Assembly: GCA_050273025.1 (NCBI GenBank)
Contig: CP158636.1
Coordinates: forward strand, 4,712,001-4,776,000
From: Cenococcum geophilum
Lineage: Eukaryota
Length of the DNA: 64,000 nucleotides
Direction of reading: 5' to 3'
Both the position numbers and the translations under genes were made by a program. Under the pieces are notes generated by a model, which did no database searches, was not told the origin of the DNA, and was given only the letters and a program-made list of their open reading frames with translations. Shown here piece after piece: positions 50,886 through 62,759 of the stretch (position 1 is its first letter; each line of letters begins with the position of its first letter).

Positions 50886-53800
50886 TAAAATATTAAAAAT
50901 ACCTCGCTAGAGTACTTCCACTAGCTGCTCCTTTAAACTCCCTAGCTTATTTATATTTATGTCTAGTATCTTATCCACGGCGGTCTTTTTAAACTTATAC
51001 TTATTTAGAATTTCAACCTTAATATAGGAAGCCGTATTATACAAAATATATACTATTATAAGAGGGTTTTCTTAGCTAATTCGGTAGATGCGGTATATAA
51101 ACTATTCCTGTTTACTAAAGGATAGATTAAGCTCTATAAGCATAATAAAGTATACATTATTAAGGGTAATACCCTCTATAATAGCCTTTAGAGATAATAA
51201 AAGAATCTATAGTCTGCTTAGCTGCTTCTACAAGTTATAGATAATATAGTTCTTCTACTTTAGTAATATTCCTCCAGGGAGATATATAACAGCGTTCTCG
51301 CTATATTTAGCAACTAAGGCCTAAAATAAGTATTAGCTTAGAGTTCCGGTTAAGCAAGCTGCTATTAAGAGGTAAAAAGATAGAGTATTTTATCACTTAC
51401 TGCCATATATACTGCCCTAATAGTTAGGAAATCAGTGCTAATAACAACCTTACTATAATACCCCTCAACGTTTTTTAATTATATAACTTCTTTATAGATA
51501 GCTAAAAGCGCCTTAAACTTTGTATTACCATAAAGAATTTCCTCCTTATTTTTATCCAAGATGCTTCTAATAGGAGATTTAATTAATTTTGCGTGAAATT
51601 TCGCTTATATATTAATTTTATCGTCGTCTAGCAGATCCTTATTACATCTATCCTTCTATAAAAGTAACCTAGGTATTATTACTGCAACACTGTAACGGAA
51701 CCTTGTAGCAGGAACTACGATAGGCTAGGTGTGTAGGTGATGCAAATTAAAGTCAACAACGTAATAACAACTGGTGGAGTGGTTGCCCAACAGATTAACT
51801 CCAATTGTATTCTGAGAATCACTACAAGGAAGGAACTATCTAGGTAGGGACTAAGGGTCCTTAAATACACAACCGTACTCCTATGAAATCCTTCTTGTAC
51901 GTGATGTACGTCTTATACGTGAGGTACGTGAGTTCCTCTCGTTCCTCTCGTCCACTATATAGCATATTATGTGACCTTGGTTACCATTCCTCGTCACATA
52001 GTTCTACCGGTTCCATCCTGGACCGTACTTAAATCAACTAACTAGCTTCTTCCGTCTCTTCTCCTAGTAGTTGTAATATTATACTTAAAGCGTCCGTAAC
52101 AAACACGGCATGTAAAGTAGGTGCTTAAGGAGGTACCGGCCATTTATACTAGTTGGTTACCCTTAAAAGAACTATCTTCTTTCTATTTAACCATTTTCTG
52201 CTAAAATGCCTCTTCTATTTCTAACGCCATTGCACTTTCTATACCCTATAGCAATTCAATTTCTACAGTTCCATACTTACAGTTTAGGTAGTAAATTTGG
52301 AGCTCACCTAAAACAACTTTTAATTTTCTTCCGTTAAAGCCGATAGTATTTAAGGTATAGCGAATTTTAAAGTTTATAAGTATTTCTCCGCCAACCTAAA
52401 CCAATTTTTTATATACCGTAGACTATAAGACCTATTTAGGGTTACTCTTTCCTTATTTTAAAAAATAACTCTATAGCTTTACCATTTTTTCAACTTTAAC
52501 GGACGTGCATTTTTTAAGAATGTTATTATCTTAGGCGCTTGCCCAATCTAGATCTAAAAGGCCACTTATAATAAACCAATATATATCTATAACACTATTC
52601 TCTATTAGAGTCCCTAATATAGCCCAGATAAAGAATCTAAGGCGTTTTGGTATAGTACTTTTATAGAAATAAAGAAATTGGTTAACTATAGTCTCTTTAT
52701 TCTTCTTATTATAAAACTTATCCTATAAAACCCTACTAAAAAACGTAGTTTTAACCAACTGCTAACCTTTATCCTTTTACTTACCGTTAAATAAGAAGCG
52801 GTGGACTCTTCTAGTAATTATAAAGTTATTAATAATACGCTGTTTTAGGCATTTAGATATTATAATTATAATAAATCTTATTACTAAGGCAGCCGGGGTA
52901 CTAACTAAAGGATTACCCTTTCTAAGTGGTAGGACACTATTAGAGAACCATAGGCAAGGGGTTTTTACTTTATCTATAAGAGCCTAATAAGTATTTAAAG
53001 CATTATAGGCGGTCTAGTTTCCTAACATTCCCATTTTTAGCTACTTATCTAAAGTCGGCTGCTCTATACCTAGAGAAACATCCACCGTTAAATAGTATAT
53101 TGCAACTCTTAGTAGTGCCTACGCTTATATTGCGAGTAGTAAGTCTTTAAATAATAAGATATAATTATCTCTCTAGGCAGTAATAATATGTAAAACTGCA
53201 ATAACTAGGCTAGCACTATACTATTTACGCATCGTAGATATAGCGTTACGATTTACGTATAAGTATAGTAGAAGCACTTTATCTTAGCTAGGATACTTAA
53301 CGTTATTAGCCTAGTAGCCCTCTAGTAGATATTAAGTAGCATTTTCAGCCGCTTAATTAGTAGCTACTTCGTCTAGGTTTATAGCATAGTAGTAGTTAAG
53401 GACAATAGTTAAGTATACGGTTACTATTTTGCCGGTCCCTATACCGTCTATAAGAACCCTACTATTTAGCTCTATACGTTCCTAGTAGAATATCTTAGAT
53501 GCACTATATAGCTGGTATAGAAACGCTCTAAACTTTAAATTTAGACCCTATCTGCGGAAAACGGGGACCATATTATTCCTTAGGAGGGCCCCTTTAGAAA
53601 CCCCCTATAGCTTAGCTAAGCGTTTATATATCTACTGCTCTATTCTCTTAACCTTACCGCCTACTTTTGCCGTAGCGGCTTCTTAAAATCTAAAAAAAGC
53701 TAACGTTAGTCTAATTTAAGATGTACTCTATATACTTATATACCCATACCTTTACTTAATACGATTAGCAGCCTCTACCTCCCTATTAGCTTCGTTTATT

Positions 53801-55138
53801 ATATCTTTAAAAGCCTCTTCTTCTAGGTTGTTGTCTTCTACAGAAACCTATATAGTATTACTAGCTAAATCGTCTATAGTTACAACCTATAGTTAAGCTA
53901 GTTTAGGATCTAAAGTAGTTACGCTTTAAAGAGCATTATAATTATCTTCGTTCTTCTCTATACTATTAGGACCCCCTATAGGCTAAATAGCTAAACCACT
54001 GCGGCCGTCCTTAGTAGCTTACCGCAATTTGCCTTTAGATACTCTAATAGGTTACTCCCTTTTATAACTACATTTCTTCCAACCTAATAAACTTAGAATG
54101 CTGCTATACGCTAATAAGGTTAATAAAGCATTACTTTTACTTTTAGTGTCTTTATTAACAAACTCATTATCTAAGTACTCTAAGTGCTTACGGGTCTACT
54201 TAGACGCAGTCTTTTACCGTTTTTTATGTGTAGGCTTACCGCGCAAAGACTGGCGAATTAGGGTATTGGCAATACTGGGAGGGTTTATGCTCTGCTTATA
54301 CGGTATTTAGTGCAGTGTTTCTATAATTAAATACTCGGCTACAATTATTAGTATATAAATAGCCAGATGTTATTAAAAGAACTTATAATCGGTACTCTTA
54401 AGTATAAATTCCACTTTACTTCTATAGTATAGTATGCATCGCTAGAATATAGCTTATAATACCCCTTACTGGGTAATGCAAGCTTCCTTATAGGATTAAT
54501 GTCGACCTATATAATTTAATCCTTATCCGAGTTAAACCCTACTAATGCTACAACCTCTTAAAATAGCGAGAAACTAATTTCTTTAATTGTTAGAGTTTCT
54601 ATATTAGCTTCTATAATGTTATAAATTATATAAAGCTCTATAGTATTTTAGGTAGTTAAGTTTATTCTTTAAAATTAGAAGGTTATATTTTTAAGCAAAA
54701 GCGGCTTGCCTAATAATATAGGGCCTAGTGATTCTAAGATTTGCTTAGGAGCAAATATAGGCGCTAGCGTTATTATAGGTTTAAATTTGGTTTAAGTCTA
54801 ACTTCTAGGTTCTAACTTATTTTGCTGTTTTATAGTATTAGTTCTCTAAGATGTTATTAAAGCAATAATAGCATCTTTAGACTAGCTCTCTAAAACACCT
54901 TCCCTTTTAGGCAAGTTGCTAAGAACCTTCTAGATAAAGTTATCGCGTAGTACTTTATCTTTAGCAGTATAAAACGCGACTTTATTAAGCCTAGTCTCTA
55001 CTATACTATCTAAAATTGTCTTCTTAATTTCCTTAAGGCGACGAGTATTAATTTCCTATCTATTTATAATATCCGAGTCCTTTATAGTAATGCGTAAAGA
55101 TGCCGAGATAGGATAAAAGAGAAGTAAAGCGTTGCTAT
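50880..55138 (-). pseudogene. RIP-mutated SNF2-family (SF2) helicase/ATPase gene, copy 1, with a long N-terminal extension; interrupted by a solo LTR
   Basis: After reverting RIP changes: PHQL (Q motif, ~53515), GGVL.DGMGTGKT (53428-53465), RVLWDEFHN.KN (52700-52735), WAMSGTPMEN (52598-52628), EGITL...MEPN...QEQF..RIHRIGQ (51066-51180). Confidence 0.88.
51691..52101. mobile_element. Solo LTR (411 bp) inserted in SNF2 copy 1
   Basis: TGTAAC...GTAACA ends with TSD AACAC (51686-51690, 52102-52106). The paralogous site in copy 2 (~59560-59580) is empty. Confidence 0.93.
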
Positions 55139-55449
55139 ATAAGAGTAGAAGAATCTAGTTAGTATTTAGTAAAGGTATAAGTCCAAAGTAGGTAGGTAAG
55201 ACAAACTAATTATAAGAATTAATTAACTGGGTAGATTGCCGTAGTTCTAGGGTATAAGTTATAGCTTAAAGTAGCAATTAGCGGTTAAACTAATTAATTA
55301 ACTAATTAATGTCGCGTAGAGGTGCCATACGAGAGTTAGTTAAGGTAGTAGAGGTAAAGAGTTAGGCGAAGTGGATATTAAAGTTAAGTGCTCCTGCAGT
55401 AACGCTAGTAGGCAAATTACTATTATCTAATACTTATTAATGGCAAGGT

Positions 55450-57450
55450 AAATTAAGAAGTTTTAGTAAATACGCAGAATACTAAGTCTAGCGGCATTTT
55501 ACGGCAGATTGCCTTAGGTAGTATAAATCTTATATAGTTATAATCTTTAAGATTTAAGAACTAAACTAACTTATTAGTTTATTAAACCTTATAAATCCTA
55601 CTAGACTACTAATATAAAAAGGTAATAACTTAGCTAAGTATAGAATTTACGTATTGTTTTTAATTATTTTTTAATAGAAGACTAGGTAAAGCTAATTAAG
55701 CCTTTACTATAGCCTCCTTTAAGCCCTCCTATACCGCCCTTAATTAATCCTCTATATTAAACAGCCGCTGGTTAAACCATTTAACCACTTATAGCACTTA
55801 ATATACCTTATTTAGCGTATATAGTACGTCCTCCCTTATAACCTTAAGCTAGTCATTTACTAAAAGCTCTTAAAACATTACCTTTCTTTAATTTATATTA
55901 TGCGCTTTAGTTAGTTATAAATATAGTTTTATAACCTTAGAGATAATCCTACTTTATTACTTAGGCGTCCTAGATTAGATTAATAATAGATATATTTTAA
56001 GCCTTCTTAGCTTTTTAAAGTTCCTTAATTTCCGTCTTTAAACTCTCTATTCTAGTGATTAGCGGGTAACGCAGTCTATAAAGCATCCTATCCCTCCTTT
56101 ATATAACTAATCGTCTAACTTATAATATTAAAGAGGTCCCTCTTTATAGTTTTCTAGTTTCCATAACAGCCATCTCCGCGGCGCTATTTTTATTTAACTT
56201 AGTTCTCTCTAAACTATATATAGCGGCATTTCTAGCGGCTAGTAGGACAGAATAGGTTAGCGGAGGCTTTTTAATAGGTAGCTAAGCTGTCTTTATGGCT
56301 TTAGCTACCTTACTATTCTTCTCCTGCTTAATTAGAAACCCTTTAATCTCCTTCTAACAACTATCCGCCGCTTTCTTCTTTCGCGGCTTTGGAGCTGGCT
56401 TAGTAGTCCCATCTCTGTTCTTTAGTGACGCCTTTTTAATATAGGGATGCTTAGTGCGCTTAACTGGGGTAGTTATATACCTAGGGTTTTTATTTATCTA
56501 TAATAACCAATCAGCGTAAGATATCTATAACTCCTTATTAGCATATATACTATTACGACATTTACTTTAAAAATAGGTTAAGGGCTAGTATACAGTTAAG
56601 TCGAGGGGAAATTAGTTCTAATGTAGAGAGTAGGTAATAGATAGATAGTGTTTAGTAGTAAGATCTAAGAGGGAAGCTTATCCTTATTAATGTTAAAAAT
56701 GCATATAAAGTGGATAGGTGGTAGTAATTTAGGGGAAGACTTTAATAGAGGATTATCCTATATAATCGGCAGCTGGTTAATAGAGGAAGGGTAGAAACCT
56801 ATAGTTATAATATTATATATTACGACATTTTGCCTAACTTCCTCAAATATATATATAGGTGGTGGCCTTCTATAGCATTTTATCGGCATTACAAGTTAAC
56901 GCGTTTTAGTAAGGCTTACTAATAAAATTACGCTAGCTAGGGTACCTGTAATATACTAACCTAGGTAGGAGCGCCCAAAGCGCCTAATATAAAAAGTCTC
57001 TTTTACTAAACAAAGGGATATAGAGCTCAAAGCTCCTTACTATTCGGTTACAAATCGCCTCTATATTATAACTGTTTAATCTATACGCCTTTTAGTATTA
57101 CCCGTTTTATAATTAGTAGCGGCTACTACTATAGCTTATTTAAATCTGTAATTAAGTTAATTATTTAATAAGGCTCTAAAATAAGGCTCCAGATTTAACT
57201 TCGCATATTAATACGTAATTAACGTTAGTAAGCAATTTAAAAGAGCCCCTCTCTGCCACTAGGCCTTTATCGCGACTCTCTACTTTAATATAGTAATAGA
57301 GCCTCCTCCTTAACTAACGTCCTCTCTGCAATCAGCGTTTCCTATATCTTTACCTACCTCCTATATAAACCCCCCGGAAACAAGCTTATTACAATTAAAA
57401 AGGTTAAAATAATAACATTATATAAGGCATATAAACGCAACTATAGTATC
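55450..57450 (-). pseudogene. RIP-mutated unidentified ORF(s) upstream of SNF2 copy 1
   Basis: Minus-strand codon-like runs broken only by TAA/TAG, e.g. PAPKPRKKKAADSC*KEIKGFLIKQEK (~56330-56400). No family recognised; boundaries approximate. Confidence 0.4.
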
Positions 57451-57799
57451 GCAATCGGGGCATATATTTAGAACGAGCCGTATACTAGTATAAAGAGAAC
57501 AGTAGTAAAATAAGTAGGTGTTTTAAATTTTATAGCTAATACGCCCCTTAATAGACACTAAGTTAGTAACAGAGCTCTAGGAGTTACTAATTGGCCTTAT
57601 ATTAAGTACGGAGTTACTAGTAATTTATTCTTCCTTAGCCGCATTTTAAATTAGGTATAAATCTAGAGCTCTAAGAGCTATATTAACTTTATATTTACTC
57701 CACTCCACTAATTAAATAGTTAAATTTAAAGTCTATATTAATTATAACTCTAGCTAGGAGCTCCAATTTAATAAGATTACTGCCTTAAAGAGCAAACTA

Positions 57800-58905
57800 G
57801 CAGACTTTAATTATTAAGCGCGAAATTGCCGTATATTGCCTAGTATACGCCTAGTTTCTTAAGCGGCAAGCCAACAGACTTCCATCACTAAGCGATAAAT
57901 TGCTGTATATTACCTAGTACATTGCCTAGTTCCTTAAGCGGTAAGCTAGTAAACTTCTATCACTAAGCGCGAAATTGCTATACATTGCCTAGTATACGCC
58001 CAGTTTCTTAAGCGACAAGCCAGCAGACTTCTATTACTAAGTAAGAAATTGCTATATATTGCCTAGCATATTGCCTAATTCCTTAAGCGGTAAGCTAGTA
58101 AACTTCCATTACTAAACGCGAAATTGCTGTATATTACCTAGCATACCGCCTAATTCCTTAAGCGGTAAGCTAGCAGACTTCTATTACTAAACACGAAGTT
58201 ACCGTATATTGCTAGGTATATTACCCAATTCTTTAAATTATAAGCTAGCAGGTATCGCCTATTAGCAGAGTATTCTAATATATTAGCTCGTATATTACCT
58301 AGCTCCTATATTATAAGCTAGTAGACTTGCTATATTAATAGAGCACTATAATATATAGCTTAGCGTATTACTTAAGTCCTTAAATAGCAAACTAGTAGGC
58401 GCTACTTATTAATAAAACACTGCGATATACCTAATTATACGTTGCCCGGTTCCTATATTATAAGCTAGTAGGCTCCTCTTATAAGTAGAGTATTCTAAAT
58501 ATTAGCTCGTATATTGCCCGGTTCCCACATTATAAGTTAGCGGCTTTTTTTATTAACGGAGTACTACAATATATTACCTACGTATTACCCGGTTCCTTAA
58601 ATAGCAAGATAGTATACTTCTCTTATTAATAAAAGAATTGCGGTATATTGCCGATATATTACCCAGTTTCACAAAAAATAACTTAGTATATGCCTTCTAT
58701 TAGCCGTAAGACTGCTGCATATCGCTAAGTATATTACTTAATTCTATAAAAAAAACAATCTAGTATTTGCCTTTTACTAACTATAAGACTGCGAAATACT
58801 GCCTACTATATTACCTAATTCTAAAAATAATAGTCTGTTATACTTCTTCCACTAAAAAAGAATTTACGGTAAACTACCTAGTATATTGCCTAATTCCGCG
58901 CTAAA
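57800..58905. repeat. Tandem array of 74/75-bp units (about 14-15), copy 2
   Basis: Same unit as 50026-50885; the left units alternate 74/75 bp, and the variant units follow the same order as in copy 1. Confidence 0.9.
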
Positions 58906-61900
58906 AGGATTAAAAACACATCGCTACTATAATCTATAATATTTGCATTAGCTACTTCTTTAAATTTCTAGGCTTATTCGTGTCTACATTCTTCTTAAAC
59001 TTAAGCTTATTTAGAATTCTACTTTCGATATAAGAAGCCGTTAATAGTAACACCCTCCGTAATAGCCTTTAGAAATAATAAGAGAATTTACAGTCTATTT
59101 AGCTGCTTCTACAAGTTATAGATTATATAGTCTTTTTGCTTTAATAGTGTTCCTCCAGGGAGGCATATAACAGTATCCTTACTATATTTAGTAACCAAGG
59201 CCTAAAATAAGTGTTAGCTTAGAGTTCCAGTTAAGCGTGCTACTATTAAGAGGTAAAAAGATAGAGTGTTTTGCTACTTACTAGTATATATACCGCCCTA
59301 ATAAATAAAAAATTAGTACTAATAAAAAATTTGCTACAATAGCCTTTAATATATAGTGCTGCTGTAATTTCTTTATAGATAGCTAAAAGCGTCTTAAACT
59401 TCGCGTTATTATAAAGAATTTCCTCCTTATTCTAATCCAAGATACTTTTAATAGGATTTTTAACTGCGTTAGTGTAGTATTAGACTAGATGTTTATTTTT
59501 ATTATTATTTAGAAGATCCTTATTAAATCTATCCTTCTATAAAAGTAAACCGGGCGTTATCGCTGTATTACAGTACGTAAAGTAGCTGCTTAAGGAGCTG
59601 CTAGCCATTTATACTAGTTTTTTCCTAGTAGGAAAACCATCTTCTCTTATTTGACCATTTTCTGCTAGAATACCTCTTCTATTTCTAATACTATTACACC
59701 TTCTATACTATATAGGAATTTAAGTTCTTTAATTTTATAATTATACTTTATATATTAAATTTAGAGCTAGCCTAAGACAGCTTTTAGTTTTTGGTTATTA
59801 AAGTCAATAGTATCCCGGTTACGGCGAATGAGAAAATTTATAAGAATTAGGCTACTAACCTTAACCGATTCTTTATATATCGCAGACTATAAGGCACTTT
59901 TAGGGTTGCTCCTTCCCTGCTTTAAAAATTAGGTCTATAGTTTAGCTATTTTATTAACTTCCGCGGACGTATATTTTCTAAGAATACTAGGTTAGCTTAA
60001 GCGGTTGCCTAATCTATATCTTTAAGGGCGCTTATAATAAACTAGCACATATCTATAACACCATTCTCTATTACTATACTGAAAATAGCCTAGGTAAAGA
60101 ATCTTAAGTGTAGTAGTACTACTTTTTTTTTAAGAACAAAGGAATTGGTTAATATAAGTTTCTTAATTTTTTTTATTATAAAACTTATCCTATAAGATTC
60201 TGCTAAAGAAGGTAGTTATAACAGTCTATATACTTCTATAAAGGGCCGTTAAAGAACTATAAATAGGGCGTTTTCTTTTTACCCACAAGAGTCTAACTAT
60301 TATTTATTGCATCGTAATCTAACTAGTCCCCTAAAGTCCCCATTTAAAGCCATTCCTAAGGGTTTAATCGCGCCATTCCTTTAGATATACCTTCTATTTT
60401 ATAGCATATTACAAACCGTAGTAGCGTCTACTCTTTTATTATAAGCGTAGAGTCCTTAAACAATAAGATATAATTATCTCTCTAGCTAGTAATTACACTT
60501 AAAATTATAATAACTAGATTTGCACTATACTGTCTTCGCATTATAGATATAGCGTTTTAATTTATATATAAGTATAGAAAAGGCATCTTATCCTAGCTAG
60601 GACACTTAGCGTCTTTAGCCTAGTTATCCTTCTATAAATGCTAATTCGTATTCCTAGCCGCTTAATTAGCAGCTACTTTGTTTAGGTTTATAGCATAGTA
60701 GTAACTAAGGACAATAGTTAAGTACGCGGTTATGATTTTTCCGGTTCTTATATATTAGCAAAAACCCCACTATTTAGTTATATGCACTCTTAGTAGAATA
60801 TCTTAAATACGCATACAGCTAATATAGGAATAATTTAAACTTCGGATTTAAACCCTATTTACTAGAAACGGGGACTGGGTTCTTTGCTAAGACGGCCTTT
60901 TTAGAAACTCTATATAGCTTAGCCGAACGTTTATACATTTACTACTCCATTTATTAAACCCTACCTCCTGCTTTAGCTATAGCGGCCTCTTAAAATCTAA
61001 AAAGAGCTAATATTAGTCTAATTTAAGATAACTATATGCTTATACCTTTACGTAATAGGTATTATAGCCTATATCTTCTTAGCTTGGGTTATATTATTCT
61101 TAAGCGCATTTTTACCTAAGGTATCTTAAATTATATTAGTTTCTATAGTTTTACTAAAAGCTTTTTACGGGTATAGAGTTTAATTATTATATAGAGTCTA
61201 AGCTAATTAGGGATACAAAGCAGTTTTGCTCTAGGGAGTATTGCGATTATTCTTACTATATTCTATATCGTCAGGATTATCTATAGGCTAGATACTAGAT
61301 TATTGCGGCAGCTTACGGCAGTTTACCATAGTTTACCTATAGATACCTCTAGTAGGTTACTCCCTTTTATAACTATGTTTCTTTAGACTTAATAAACTTA
61401 AAATACCATTACGTATTAATAAGATGGATAAAGCATCGCTCTTATTCTCGCTATCTTTATTAGTAAACTTAACGTCTAAGTGCTTGCGGATTGGCTTAGG
61501 CGTAATCTTCTGCCATTTCTTAGGTGCGGCCTTAGCGCGCGAATACTAGTGGGTTAGAGTATCGGCAATTCTAAGAGGGTTTATGCCCTACTTATTTAGT
61601 AATTAGTATAGTACTTTTATAATTAAACGCTTGGCTGCAATTATTAGCATATAGACAGCTAGATATTATTAAAGGGACTTATAATCCGTACTCTTAAGTA
61701 GAAATTATACTTTACTTTTATTATATAGTATATACCACTAAAACATAGCTTATAATAGCCCTCGCTAGGTAATATAAACCTCCTTATTAGTGACTACGTT
61801 AAGCTAGGTAATTTTATTCTTGTCTAAGATAAAACCTACTAATACTATAACCTCTTAAAATAGTAAAAAGCTAATTTCTTTAACTATTAGAGTTTCTATA

Positions 61901-62435
61901 TTGCCTTTTAAAATTTATAGACTATATAAAGCTCTATAGTGCTTTAGGTAATTAGGTTTATTCTTTAAAACTAAAAGGTTATATTTTTAAATAAAAACGG
62001 CTTATTTAGTAATATAAAACTGTGTAATTTAGAGATTAGCTTAGAAGTAAATATATATACTAGCGTTATTATAGGTTTAAATTAGGTTTAACTTCTAGGT
62101 TCCGACTTTATAATATTTTACTATTTAGTAGTATTAGTTCTCTAGGATAATATAAAAGGAATAATAGCCTATTTAGACTAGCTGTTTAAAGCACGTTCCT
62201 TCTTAGATAAGTTACTAAAAATCTTCTAAATAAACTAATTACGCGGCACTTTATCTTTAGCAGTACAAAACGTAGATTTTTTAAGCCTAGCCTCTTATAT
62301 GTCATCTAGGATTATATCTCTTAATTTCCTTAAAGTAACGAGTATTAATATCCTATCCCTTTATAATATCTAAGTCCTTTATTATAATACATAAAGATAC
62401 TAAGACGGAATAAAGAAGGAGTGGAGCGTTACTAT
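58900..62435 (-). pseudogene. RIP-mutated SNF2-family ATPase gene, copy 2 (motif V-VI region partly deleted)
   Basis: Colinear with 50880-55138: GGVFAD..GTGK ~60735-60775, DEFH ~60178-60189, WA...MENG ~60061-60094. Lacks ~130 bp corresponding to ~51030-51160. Confidence 0.85.
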
Positions 62436-62759
62436 ATAAAAGTAGAAGAATCTAGTTAGTGCTTAGTAAAGGTATAAGTCTAAAGTAGGTGGGTAAGATA
62501 AACCAATTATAAGAGTTAATCTACTAGGTAGATTACCGTAGTTTTAGGGAATAAGTTATAGCTTAAAGTAGCAATTAGCGGTTAAACTAATTAATTAACT
62601 AATTAATATCGCGTAGAGGTGCCATACGAGAGTTAGTTAAGGTAGTAGAGGTAAAAAGTAAAGTAAAGTGGATAAGCTTAAGGTAAATGCTTTCGCTAAC
62701 GGAATATAACGCGCGCGCGTTAAAGGGCAATTTGCTATAGCAGATTACCGCTAAATATA

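Noticed and set aside
49803..62435. Helitron or AcademH identity for the helicase element
   Set aside because: The motifs are SNF2-type (DGMGTGKT, DEFH, SGTP.EN, RIHRIGQ), not PIF1 or RecQ. No Rep motifs or CTRR end were seen.
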